Assembly: GCA_965223265.1 (NCBI GenBank)
Contig: OZ244999.1
Location: forward strand, 6,528,001 to 6,592,000
Direction of reading: 5' to 3'
DNA from: Planctomycetota bacterium
Lineage (GTDB): Bacteria; Planctomycetota; UBA8108; SXIK01
DNA: 64,000 nt
The notes beneath the pieces are model-generated. The model did no database searches and was not told the DNA's origin. It worked only from the letters and a program-made list of their open reading frames with translations. This document shows, piece by piece, positions 1-9,058 of the stretch. How positions within the stretch are numbered: position 1 is the stretch's first letter; every line of letters begins with the position of its first letter. A program made the translations under genes and the position numbers.

Positions 1-239
1 TTCAGGGCGGCACGGCTCAAGCCGCGGAGTAGGTTGGACATTCCTGAAACGTCACCTCTTTAAGTATCGTCAGAATCGTGGCGGAGGAGCCGAGGAGGTT
101 CGCGCAGGGCCAAGAGTGGCGGCACCTCTGCGCTTGCGGCTCGAAAAAAAGACTTTCGCGACGCACACTTTGCCCTAAATTATAGCCCCATCGACGCTGG
201 GCTCCATAAGAATCGCAAGAGAGGGAACGGGAAGCAGCG

Positions 240-1166
240 ATGGCGACCCGCACAGCCAAATCAACTCCACGAGCGCTCCACGAGTGGATCGAGGAGTTCC
301 TCTTCTGCCTGGAGGTCGAACGCGGTCTTTCCGACAACACCTGCGCGGCCTACCGTCGCGATTGCGAAGCTTTCGCGGCGTCGCTGCCTGCGCACCTTTG
401 CGTCTCGCCAGATCTCATAGGGGAGCCGCACCTGTTCCAATTCATCGTCGGCGAACGGGAGAGAGGACAACATGTCCTTTCCATCCGCCGCTCAGTTTCG
501 GCTCTGAAGACGTTCTTTCGCTATTTGCTGGCGCACGGTGCGATCGAAGACACCCCGGCACGCCACCTAGACGCACCACGGCTCGGGTTCCATCTGCCGA
601 GCGTGCTCAGTGTCGATGAAGTCGACCGCCTGATCGAGGCGACCGAGCAGTTCCCCTCTCGTTATCCCCGCCGCGACCGGGCGCTACTGGAACTCCTCTA
701 TGCCTCCGGGCTTCGTGTCGGCGAGCTGACGTCGCTGGAAGTCGATAGCATTCACTTTCGCCTCGGCGTAATTCGATGCCTGGGCAAGGGGTCAAGGGAA
801 CGCATCGTGCCGGTCAGCAAGCGCGCCCTCCGCACCGTAGAAGAATATCTCTTCGAAGAGCGGCCGAAGCTCACGCGGCACCACCCCAGCGAAACACTTT
901 TTCTGTCGCGGAGCGGTCGTGCGCTCGGTCGTGAAGTCGTTCGGGCGCTGGTCCAGAAAAACGCGCGGCTCGCCGGCATTCAGCGCGACGTAACACCGCA
1001 CACGCTGCGGCATTCACTGGCGACGCATCTGATCCAAGGCGGCGCGGATTTGCGTATCGTGCAGGAAATCCTCGGTCATGTTCGCGTCGAGACGACGGAG
1101 ATCTACACGCACTTAGACCGCGCGGACCTCAAGAAAGCGCATCGACGGTTCCACCCACGAGCTTAG
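240..1166 (+). CDS. xerD: Site-specific tyrosine recombinase XerD
   Basis: Motifs RDRALLELLYASGLRVGEL, GKGSRERIVP, HTLRHSLATHL, LGH and TTEIYTH give the R-K-H-R-H-Y catalytic set; ends HPRA like XerC/D. XerD versus XerC is judged by eye. Confidence 0.8.
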   Translation: MATRTAKSTPRALHEWIEEFLFCLEVERGLSDNTCAAYRRDCEAFAASLPAHLCVSPDLIGEPHLFQFIVGERERGQHVLSIRRSVSALKTFFRYLLAHGAIEDTPARHLDAPRLGFHLPSVLSVDEVDRLIEATEQFPSRYPRRDRALLELLYASGLRVGELTSLEVDSIHFRLGVIRCLGKGSRERIVPVSKRALRTVEEYLFEERPKLTRHHPSETLFLSRSGRALGREVVRALVQKNARLAGIQRDVTPHTLRHSLATHLIQGGADLRIVQEILGHVRVETTEIYTHLDRADLKKAHRRFHPRA

Positions 1167-1243
1167 CTCGCGTGGAGCAGTCTCACCGTTCCTCCGCGAC
1201 CGAGCAGATACGCTCCTGACTCGAGGCTCAACGAAGGGCGGGC

Positions 1244-1930
1244 TCAGACCCTGTCGTATTTCAGCATCGTGTAGCCGAGGCGGATGAAGTCGCCTTCCTT
1301 GAGGACGGTCTTCTTGATGCGGTCGCCGTTGACTACGGTCCCGTTGGCACTCTCGAGGTCCGTAATGATGTGTTGGTCGCGGACGGCTTCGATGACGCAG
1401 TGGTCACGCGAGACCTTGCCGTCACACAATCGAAGATCCGACGTGACGCTGCGGCCGATCTTGAAGTGCTCCTTCCCTTTGAGAGAAAAGCGCTTGCCCT
1501 GATCGTCGCCGTCGATGACCACCAGCGCCGGCTGGGAGGCTCGGGTCTTCGTCAGCACGCCACCGTTAAACGCCTGCGCATCGGTCTCGTTGGAATCCGG
1601 AGCTGACGAAGCCAAGCGCCCAGGAGTCTCTTCGTCGACGAGCTCGAAGCTGATCGCCACGTCGCCCGCTTGGATCGTGTCGCCGTCTTGCAGGTCCACC
1701 TTGTCGACAGAATCGCCGTTGACTTGCGTACCGCTCTTCGTCCCCAGATCGTAGATGCTGTACTGCTCACCACTGCGATAGACACGAAAGTGGCTAAACG
1801 CGACGGACTTGTCCTTAAGGTAGATGTGATTACCCTGCGACCTACCCGCCTCGAACACGCTCAGGTTCTTCAGAAGGATTGTCTTTCCTTCGTCAGCGCC
1901 CGCCGTGATGGTGAGACATGCGATATTCAT
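1244..1930 (-). CDS. Tandem FHA-domain protein
   Basis: Two FHA-like repeats: AGRSQGNHIYLKDKSVAFSH...DLGTKSGTQVNG and IGRSVTSDLRLCDGKVSRDH...DLESANGTVVNG. Confidence 0.85.
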   Translation of the reverse strand: MNIACLTITAGADEGKTILLKNLSVFEAGRSQGNHIYLKDKSVAFSHFRVYRSGEQYSIYDLGTKSGTQVNGDSVDKVDLQDGDTIQAGDVAISFELVDEETPGRLASSAPDSNETDAQAFNGGVLTKTRASQPALVVIDGDDQGKRFSLKGKEHFKIGRSVTSDLRLCDGKVSRDHCVIEAVRDQHIITDLESANGTVVNGDRIKKTVLKEGDFIRLGYTMLKYDRV

Positions 1931-2123
1931 GTGTCCTGAGCGTCAAGCAACAGATCTGCAAGCGCGTGCTTCCAAACAAAGTGCCGCGGCGCACGCCTAA
2001 CCGTGGCTGAGAAGTGTAGCCCACTGACGAGCAGCTGGCAAATTGGTCCGAATACTCGGCACGCCGAGTGCAGAAGGCGCCCCATCACTCCTCAACTCGA
2101 CGTGAGAGCGTCGCGTCGTGAAC

Positions 2124-2161
2124 AAAAAAAAGGCCCGTTCCTGACGGGTAGGAACGGGCCT
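2124..2161 (-). terminator. Rho-independent terminator
   Basis: 12-bp stem AGGCCCGTTCCT/AGGAACGGGCCT (2131-2142/2150-2161) with a 7-nt loop; the A8 run at 2124-2131 reads as U8 on the minus strand. Confidence 0.85.
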
Positions 2162-2300
2162 GTGGAACGTGGGTTGGGGGCGTTAGACTCTCCAACGCGT
2201 CACGCGTTCGCTATTTTCTACGGCCAAGAGGATGTTCCTGCTCGGCCGCCCACCAACGTTCAGCCTTCAGCGCTGGCCTGACGGCCAATCACGCGAAAGC
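2124..2300 (-). ncRNA. Putative structured small RNA or leader RNA, family unknown
   Basis: Bounded by a sigma70-like promoter (2307-2335) and an intrinsic terminator; several nested helices; no credible ORF. Confidence 0.55.
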
Positions 2301-2306
2301 CATCGA

Positions 2307-2335
2307 AGACTAAGACGAAACAGAAAAACCGTCAA
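2307..2335 (-). promoter_or_regulatory. Sigma70-type promoter TTGACG-N17-TAGTCT
   Basis: Minus strand reads ttgacg gtttttctgtttcgtct tagtct. Confidence 0.65.
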
Positions 2336-2433
2336 ACGCCAAAATTTGTCACCTCTACGGCCGCTGCTCCGCGTCGCGTCTCGCCCGTTTCAAATTCGTT
2401 CAAATAGGCGAGTATTCGCGGTTTCGCACGCCC

Positions 2434-3243
2434 TTGAGACACCTCCGTCCCGCAGATCCAGTGTCTCAGCCTTGGGCATCGAAAACTTTTTTGACCGCTA
2501 CTTTTGTCGCTGCCGGGGTTACAATCACGTTCATGATTGCTTTGAGCTTCTACGCCGTGGCTGTCATCTACTCGTTCGTAGGTTTGATGCTTTCGTGTAT
2601 CTACCTGTACAGCGAGCGTCTTCGAAGTGCCAAGTGGTTCCATTTGGTGACTCTGTTCGTCGTTTTCGTCGCCACATCTCTCGCCACTTCGGGAGCTTCG
2701 TCGGAGCACAACCAGTTGACCATCGACGAGTATGGTCGCGCTTTCTTCGTTTTCTCTGTGGCAATTCTCTTCTACGTTCCGGTACTCGTCTTCCTTGCGA
2801 TCCACTATTGGGACCTGCTGCTCAATCGCCTCTTCTTTCCGAGCGCCGAGCCGGAAGTGATTGAGCCACCGGCGACCATGAAGGAGTGGTGGCAGCTTCT
2901 CTACAGAACGCTCGACGTGCTGAAAGATCGTCCATCTGACGTACGCCTCCGGCTGCGGGTCGCTCATATCTATCAACAGCTCGGATACTACGATGCCGCT
3001 GCCTATGAGTTCCTGCGGGCCTCGGAGTGGCTTCCGCGCGGGTACTCGCATGGCCACGTCCTCTACAAGGCGGCCTATATCCTGGTAGAAAAACGGCACG
3101 AGGTGCCCCGCGCTTTGCCCGTCTTGCGTCGCTTGATCAGACTGTATCCGAAGAGCTATTTCGCTTCGTACGCACGGCGGATCGTCAACCGACACGAATC
3201 CCACGAACAGCCCAGTAACGGCCCTTCGTGGGATCTACGATAG
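2434..3243 (+). CDS. Membrane protein with C-terminal TPR-like region
   Basis: About 4 hydrophobic segments, then a TPR-like helical region (RLRVAHIYQQLGYYDAA...LIRLYPKSYFASYARR). Start uncertain. Confidence 0.65.
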   Translation: MRHLRPADPVSQPWASKTFLTATFVAAGVTITFMIALSFYAVAVIYSFVGLMLSCIYLYSERLRSAKWFHLVTLFVVFVATSLATSGASSEHNQLTIDEYGRAFFVFSVAILFYVPVLVFLAIHYWDLLLNRLFFPSAEPEVIEPPATMKEWWQLLYRTLDVLKDRPSDVRLRLRVAHIYQQLGYYDAAAYEFLRASEWLPRGYSHGHVLYKAAYILVEKRHEVPRALPVLRRLIRLYPKSYFASYARRIVNRHESHEQPSNGPSWDLR

Positions 3244-3254
3244 CGCTGGGCGGG

Positions 3255-3287
3255 GTTTCTCAGCCGAATGACTTTTTTAACGGGCTG
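3255..3287. mobile_element. MITE family A, terminal fragment
   Basis: GTTTCTCAGCCGAATGACTTTTTTAACGGGCTG nearly matches the right end of the 45906-46064 element. Confidence 0.65.
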
Positions 3288-3290
3288 TCG

Positions 3291-4892
3291 TTAACCGACG
3301 CTCACCGCCTTCGCCCAGATGATCCCAGGCTGCTCAGCGAGCGCTTCCACGACGGCTGGTGTGACCTCCGTGTCGACGTTGAGGACGGCGAGCGCCCGCC
3401 CGCCGCTCTTGTCGCGGCCCAGACTCATGTAGCTGACGTTGACCGCCGCCGCCGCTAACTGCTGTCCGACCACGGCGATCATCCCCGGGCGATCCTCGTT
3501 CGCCGCAAGAATCATCTCGCCTTCGAGTACGGCGTCGAATTGATACTCGTCGAGGGTCACAAGGCGGACGCCGCTGCGGCCGCGAATCGTGCCCCCGAGC
3601 TCACGCGCTCCCCCACTGTCGGCGACTTCGACGCGAATCATGTTCACGAAATAGCGACTGCTGCCTTCGGAGCGCTCTTCGACCACGAGCCCTTGCTCCT
3701 TCGCGAGCGCGCGGACATTGATGAAATTGACGGGCTGAGCGGAGTGGCGGCCGATAAAACCTTCCAGCACGCTCCCCGTCAGGTAGCTCTGAATCCGATC
3801 GGTGAAGAACTGCCCGAAGAACTTGACGATCACTCTCTCCGGCTGCCCTTCGAGCAGCTGAGCGTGCAGACGTCCCATCTTGAGTGCCAGCTGACGATAC
3901 GGTTCGACATCTTTGGTGAGATCTGGGTCGAGCTGAATGGCGTTGACGGGACTGTGGAGCCGTCTCTCGCGTAGGAAATCGATCACCTGCTCCGCCGCCG
4001 TCATGGCGACGTTTTGCTGCGCCTCCCGAGTCGAGGCGCCGAGGTGAGGAGTTGCGACGACGTTCGGATGAGTCGCCAACGCCCACGAGGACGGAGGCTC
4101 TTCGGCGAACACGTCAAGCGCCGCGCCGCCGACCCGTCCTGACTCCAGGGCACGGTAGAGCGCATCCTCATCAACGATGCCGCCGCGCGCGCAGTTGATC
4201 AGGAGCAGTCCCTTCCTAGCGCGTGATAAAACTTCGTCACCAATCAAGCCGCGCGTCTGCGGACTGAGCGGAACGTGAATGGTCAAAATATCGACGTTCG
4301 CGACGAGCGTCTCGAGATCTTTGACAAGCGTAACGTTCAGCTGCTCGGCCAGCTGCGGGGAGACGAAAGGGTCGTAGATCTGCACGCGAAAGCCGAGGCC
4401 GAACGCCATGTCGACGACGTGTCGCCCAATTTTCCCGAGCCCGACGACCCCGAGCGTCTTGCCACGCACCTCCACTCCGAGGAACTTGCTGCGTTCCCAC
4501 AGGTGCTCTTTGATCGACTGATTCGCCGGCGCGACGTTGCGCGCCAGTGCCATCAGTAGAGCGATCGCGTGCTCCGCGGCGGAGCGGGTGTTTCCCTCAG
4601 GAACGTTTTGAACAACGATGCCTTTGCGCGTTGCCGCTTCTACGTCGATGTTATCGACGCCAACACCAGCGCGGACGATCAACTCGAGTGTATCGTTGCC
4701 CTCAAGGAGCTGCGCTGTGATCTTGGTCGCGCTGCGGATGATGACCGCTTGAGACTTCTGAAGCAGCGCTTTCTTGTCGCTCTCAGGCAACCCCGGCTCG
4801 TAGATCGTTTCAATCGACTCGCACTGCTGCAGCAGCTTGAGGGCATCTTCGCTGAATTTGTCAGCGATGAAGACGCATGGACGGTGGTTCAC
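3291..4892 (-). CDS. serA: D-3-phosphoglycerate dehydrogenase (long form with ASB and ACT domains)
   Basis: RAGVGVDNID, GLGKIG, NCARGG, ATPHLGAST and C-terminal ACT domain (NEDRPGMIA). A GTG start overlapping the fabF stop is assumed. Confidence 0.93.
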   Translation of the reverse strand: MNHRPCVFIADKFSEDALKLLQQCESIETIYEPGLPESDKKALLQKSQAVIIRSATKITAQLLEGNDTLELIVRAGVGVDNIDVEAATRKGIVVQNVPEGNTRSAAEHAIALLMALARNVAPANQSIKEHLWERSKFLGVEVRGKTLGVVGLGKIGRHVVDMAFGLGFRVQIYDPFVSPQLAEQLNVTLVKDLETLVANVDILTIHVPLSPQTRGLIGDEVLSRARKGLLLINCARGGIVDEDALYRALESGRVGGAALDVFAEEPPSSWALATHPNVVATPHLGASTREAQQNVAMTAAEQVIDFLRERRLHSPVNAIQLDPDLTKDVEPYRQLALKMGRLHAQLLEGQPERVIVKFFGQFFTDRIQSYLTGSVLEGFIGRHSAQPVNFINVRALAKEQGLVVEERSEGSSRYFVNMIRVEVADSGGARELGGTIRGRSGVRLVTLDEYQFDAVLEGEMILAANEDRPGMIAVVGQQLAAAAVNVSYMSLGRDKSGGRALAVLNVDTEVTPAVVEALAEQPGIIWAKAVSVG

Positions 4893-6139
4893 TGGGCTCC
4901 TTCCCAACGGCCGAACAGTGTCGTGACGTTATGTCCACCAAAACCGAAGGAGTTGCAGATGGCATACTCAATCCTGGCATCTCGCGGCTCATTTGGCACA
5001 TAGTCAAGATCACATTCGGGGTCAGGATGGATGGAGTTGATGGTCGGAGGCGCGACCTGGTGTTGAATCGCAAGCACCGTAACGACAGCCTCGACCGCTC
5101 CAGAAGCACCGAGGAGATGTCCCAACTGGGACTTCGTTGAGCTCACCGCGAGCTTCCGCGCGTGGTCGCCGAAGGTCGTGTGCAGAGCTCGAGTTTCCAT
5201 GACGTCGTTGAGCGGCGTGGACGTCCCATGGGCGTTGACATAATTGACGGCGTCAGGGGTAATCTCAGCGTCACGAATCGCCGCGCGCATCGCCTCCACC
5301 GCCTGAGCTCCATCCGGCAAGGGTGCTGAGATGTGATGTCCGTCGTCAGTCATTCCGACGCCCACGAGCTCAGCGTAGATTCGCGCACCGCGCTTCTGAG
5401 CGAACTCTGCGTCCTCGAGAACCAGGCCTCCTGCTCCTTCGCCGACGACAAAGCCATCGCGATCGATGTTGAAGGGTCGAGACGCCGTGAGCGGATCATC
5501 GTTACGCTCCGAAAGGGCTCGCAGGGCGCAGAATCCACCAACGCCCAAAGGTGTGATCGTTGCCTCGGAGCCGCCGCAGATCACAACGTCCGCTTCGCCA
5601 TTCTGGATCGTACGCAGCGCCAGACCAATTGCGTGCCCTCCGGAGGCGCAGGCTGACGCGACGGCGTAGTTGACGCCTTGGATACCAAAGCGGATCGCGA
5701 TCTGCCCCGCCGCGGCGTTCAGCATCAACTTAGGAATGAAAAACGGATTGATCCGTTTCGGACCACGTTCCATGACGACTTTGTGGGTCGACTCGATCTC
5801 TTCGAGCCCACCGATTCCGGAAGCCCACACACAACCGGTGCGACCTTTCTCGATGCTCGCCAAATCGAGTCCCGAGTCGTGGACTGCTTCGTCCGCCGCG
5901 CCGACCGCGTACAGGACAAACCGGTCCATGTGCCTCGCCTCTTTCTTGGAGAGGTACTTGAGCGGATCGAAGTCTTTGACCTCGGCGGCGAAATGAACGG
6001 CAAACTCGCTGTGGTCGAAACGCGTGATGGGGCCGACACCATTTCGAGAATTAACGACGCCGTCCCACAGATCGGGAACGCCACAGCCGATGGGCGTCAC
6101 CGCTCCAATTCCGGTCACTGCTACTCTTCGCTTACTCAT
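4889..6139 (-). CDS. fabF: 3-oxoacyl-ACP synthase II
   Basis: RRVAVTGIG, SACASG (catalytic Cys), NAHGTST, KSQLGHLLGA, NSFGFGGHN. Confidence 0.96.
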   Translation of the reverse strand: MSKRRVAVTGIGAVTPIGCGVPDLWDGVVNSRNGVGPITRFDHSEFAVHFAAEVKDFDPLKYLSKKEARHMDRFVLYAVGAADEAVHDSGLDLASIEKGRTGCVWASGIGGLEEIESTHKVVMERGPKRINPFFIPKLMLNAAAGQIAIRFGIQGVNYAVASACASGGHAIGLALRTIQNGEADVVICGGSEATITPLGVGGFCALRALSERNDDPLTASRPFNIDRDGFVVGEGAGGLVLEDAEFAQKRGARIYAELVGVGMTDDGHHISAPLPDGAQAVEAMRAAIRDAEITPDAVNYVNAHGTSTPLNDVMETRALHTTFGDHARKLAVSSTKSQLGHLLGASGAVEAVVTVLAIQHQVAPPTINSIHPDPECDLDYVPNEPRDARIEYAICNSFGFGGHNVTTLFGRWEGAQ

Positions 6140-6406
6140 GGGTGCCGCTCTCTTCGCAACCGCTAGTCTTCCAGCATTGGCGGACAGAATTGACCATTCC
6201 AGCGCTCACAAGAAATGACGCCAAGAAACACCTTCGGCTCAGCGAAAAGCACGACATGAGCGACATTCAAGCCGCTACGGACGCACTCTCTGCCGTTCTT
6301 GCTCACCACTTGTTTGCAGGCGTTCGGGTTCATTTGCACCGCCATGCCTCTTCTTCACAGGCTTCGCCCGTGTCTTTCATCAGATGCCCCGCATGTCTCA
6401 TTAAAT

Positions 6407-6533
6407 GCAGCTCATTCAAAGGCACCATTCATTCCAAAACGCCTCATTCCAAGGCGCCTCATTCAACAGCACCTCATACAAGAGCACCTCATACAAGAGC
6501 ACCTCATACAAGAGCACCTCATACAAGAGCACC
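6407..6533. repeat. 15-bp tandem repeat GCACCTCATACAAGA
   Basis: Four perfect copies at 6469-6528, preceded by about four increasingly diverged copies. Confidence 0.9.
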
Positions 6534-6797
6534 GTGACGAGCATTCCGATGAAAAACGCAGGATAAGACCATCGAACACACACAGAGATAGTATAGACGT
6601 GAGCCCTCCGTTCCACACGCTGTCTGTCACAGGGCCCAAGCACTCCCGCCGAAGAACTGGACCAACTCCTCCGGTTCGAACTCTCGCCGGGCCGCTCCCG
6701 ACGGCCAAAGTGCCATTTTGACGTCCGTCAGCAGCACCACAATCAACCGAGAACGTCGGATCGGCGACCATCTCAGTCCGTCCAAGGGCAGCGCGAA

Positions 6798-6889
6798 CAC
6801 GAAATGGCGACGAGAGAATCTCGCGACCGGCCGATCAAGTCCTCGGGACTATCTCCGGCGCGCTCAGTCCCCGGCGGCGCCATTTCGTG
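6798..6889 (-). other. Stem-loop directly downstream of acpP
   Basis: 12-bp inverted repeat CACGAAATGGCG/CGCCATTTCGTG, with an inner GGGACT/AGTCCC pair. Confidence 0.5.
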
Positions 6890-6901
6890 CCGCGTCGGCA
6901 C

Positions 6902-7153
6902 TCACGAAGAGGCATCCCCCTTGTTCTTCACGATGTAGTCGGTCGCTTCGCCAACGGTGCGGATCTTCTCCGCGTCCTCGTCGGGAATGCTCAGGTCGAA
7001 CTCCTCTTCGAGCTCCATGACGAGCTCCACGATGTCGAGAGAGTCGGCGCCGAGATCGTTGATGAAACTTGCCTCCGGCTTGACCTTCTCGCGCTCGACT
7101 TCAAGTTGACTCGCGACAATCGACGCGACACGTTCGGAAATATCTTCTGACAC
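6902..7153 (-). CDS. acpP: Acyl carrier protein
   Basis: [20 protein letters not shown] phosphopantetheine motif; AGGAG ribosome-binding site before GTG at 7153. Confidence 0.96.
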   Translation of the reverse strand: MSEDISERVASIVASQLEVEREKVKPEASFINDLGADSLDIVELVMELEEEFDLSIPDEDAEKIRTVGEATDYIVKNKGDASS

Positions 7154-7178
7154 GATCTTCGTACTCCTGAAAAGAACC

Positions 7179-7937
7179 TCAAGCGATTCCAAGTCCCCCA
7201 TCCACCCGGATCACTTCTCCAGTCACGTAACCCGCACCAGGACCGGCGAGAAACGCGACGACCTCCGCGACCTCAGCCGCACTCCCGAATCGCCCCAGCG
7301 GTATCTTACCCGCAAATGCCTCGACGACTCCTTCATCCATCGCAGCCGTCATTTCTGTCTCGATAAAACCTGGCGCCACGGCATTGACCGTGACCCCCCT
7401 TGTCGCCAGTTCCTTGGCGAGAGTGTAGGTGAAAGCGATCACTCCCCCTTTGGAGGCGGCGTAGTTCACTTGGCCAGGGTTTCCAACCATTCCGACGACA
7501 CTGGTGATATTGATGACACGTCCAGCGCGCTTCTTCAACATGTGACGCGCGGCGGCCTTGCTCAAATTGAAGACGCCCTTGAGATTAATCGCCAGCACCT
7601 CGTCCCACTCCTCCTCGGACATCCTCAGGATCAAGTTATCCCGCGTGATCCCGGCGTTGTTCACAAGAACGTCGAGGCGATCGAATTCCTTCAGGAACGC
7701 GTTCACGGTCTCGCCCACAGCCGCGAAATTGGCAACATCACACGCAAAGCAGCGAAACTGCTGCTGAGGGAAGTTAGTCGAAAGTTCGTTTGCCACTTCC
7801 TCGAGTGCAGAGGCGTTGCGAGAGACAAGGCCGACATTCGCCCCCTCCGCCGCAAGACGTTTGACTACGGCCTCTCCGATGCCGCGGGAGGCACCAGTCA
7901 CCAGCGCGTTTTGTCCGGTCAGACTCTTCGCTTCCAA
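7179..7937 (-). CDS. fabG: 3-oxoacyl-ACP reductase
   Basis: [28 protein letters not shown]; fab operon context. Confidence 0.96.
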   Translation of the reverse strand: MEAKSLTGQNALVTGASRGIGEAVVKRLAAEGANVGLVSRNASALEEVANELSTNFPQQQFRCFACDVANFAAVGETVNAFLKEFDRLDVLVNNAGITRDNLILRMSEEEWDEVLAINLKGVFNLSKAAARHMLKKRAGRVINITSVVGMVGNPGQVNYAASKGGVIAFTYTLAKELATRGVTVNAVAPGFIETEMTAAMDEGVVEAFAGKIPLGRFGSAAEVAEVVAFLAGPGAGYVTGEVIRVDGGLGIA

Positions 7938-8021
7938 ACGATCACTCCTCCGTTCGCCAGCCCGCAGGTCGCACTGGGGACGACTTCATTTTCCTCAAGG
8001 CGAGGGCCTTTCTCATGTAAC

Positions 8022-9011
8022 TCACGCTTCAGTCCCCACGCAGAGCTCCTGGATCTCGGTCGCGTTGCCAACGGAGTGAACTTTCAGTTCAGGGGCAACT
8101 CCTTTGACGAGGCCCTGGAGCACCCGTCCAGGGCCTAGCTCGAGTGCCTCCTGTGGGCGGCTCTCACCGACCAAGGATTGAACGATCGCAACCCACTGAA
8201 CGCTGCTCTCGACTTGGCGGATCAGCCCGTCGCGGATTTCCTCCGGATCGCTGACGGCTCGGCCAGTGACGTTCGAGTAAAACGCAACGCGTGGCGGGGA
8301 GATGCGCAGCGTCGTGAGCAGCGGTCGCAATTGCTGCGTCGCTGGCGCCATCAGCTCGGAATGATAGGCACCCGCGACGCGAAGCGGAACAGCGCGACGC
8401 GCACCGGCCTCCTTGAGCAATTCGCTCGTGGCGGCGACGGCTTCCTTGGTGCCGGAGATCACCGTCTGCTTCGGCGAGTTATAGTTCGCAATGCCAACGC
8501 GGTGCCCTGACGCACGTGCGCCCGCGACAACACGCTCCACAGCCGACGCGTCGAGCCCCAAGACCGACGCCATGGCGCCAGCCTCAGCGTCACACGCCTG
8601 TTGCATGAACTCGCCGCGACGGGCGACGATCTCGAGGGCGTCGTCGAACTCCAAGCTTGCCGCGAAGACGAGCGCAGAATACTCTCCGAGGCTGAGGCCG
8701 GCCGTCGCGCAGGCGTCGCTGTCGGTACAAAACGGCCCAGCTCCGACACCGAGCTCGCGGAGCACTTCAAGTACTGCCATGGAATGGAGAAAGATCACCG
8801 GCTGGCTGATGCGGGTTGAGTTGAGGAGCGCCTCGGGGCCGTCACGGCAAATCTCGAGGTAGTCCACGCCGCGGCGCTCACGCGCTCGGTCAAACACCTT
8901 TTGGGCCGCTGGATAGGCCGCGGCCAAGTCGACGGCCATGCCAAGATGTTGGGCTCCCTGCCCGGGAAAAAGGAACGCGTTTCCCGAAGCCTTTAGCGAA
9001 AGGTCTGCCAT
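8022..9011 (-). CDS. fabD: Malonyl-CoA:ACP transacylase
   Basis: FLFPGQGAQ, GLSLGEY, GAYHS, ELGPGRVLQGL. ATG at 9011 assumed as start. Confidence 0.95.
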   Translation of the reverse strand: MADLSLKASGNAFLFPGQGAQHLGMAVDLAAAYPAAQKVFDRARERRGVDYLEICRDGPEALLNSTRISQPVIFLHSMAVLEVLRELGVGAGPFCTDSDACATAGLSLGEYSALVFAASLEFDDALEIVARRGEFMQQACDAEAGAMASVLGLDASAVERVVAGARASGHRVGIANYNSPKQTVISGTKEAVAATSELLKEAGARRAVPLRVAGAYHSELMAPATQQLRPLLTTLRISPPRVAFYSNVTGRAVSDPEEIRDGLIRQVESSVQWVAIVQSLVGESRPQEALELGPGRVLQGLVKGVAPELKVHSVGNATEIQELCVGTEA

Positions 9012-9058
9012 GTCGGTTGCTCCCGGATGCAATGTGGCCTTTTCAGCTCGTCCCCCCG

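Noticed and set aside
240-1166. Tyrosine recombinase as a prophage/island integrase
   Set aside because: It has XerC/D-like length and motifs, housekeeping neighbours, and no att site, tRNA or phage genes.
2124-2300. 6S RNA, SRP RNA, tmRNA or tRNA identity for the small RNA
   Set aside because: No long end-to-end rod, no SRP GGAA/AGCAG loop, no tRNA-like CCA end or T-arm visible.
2332-3204. 290-aa minus-strand ORF
   Set aside because: It is antisense to the TM/TPR gene, which has a more protein-like pattern; no motifs.
3745-3760. GCCGATAA sigma28 -10 box
   Set aside because: It is inside serA, antisense, and has no TAAA -35 at the right spacing.
6407-6533. CRISPR array
   Set aside because: Head-to-tail repeats without spacers, and no cas genes. 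The same applies to 42884-43165.
6142-6771. ORFs with pentapeptide repeats (RAPHT, QEHLI, EVLLY, RCSCM)
   Set aside because: These are translations of the 15-bp DNA repeat in several frames; no frame stands out as coding.
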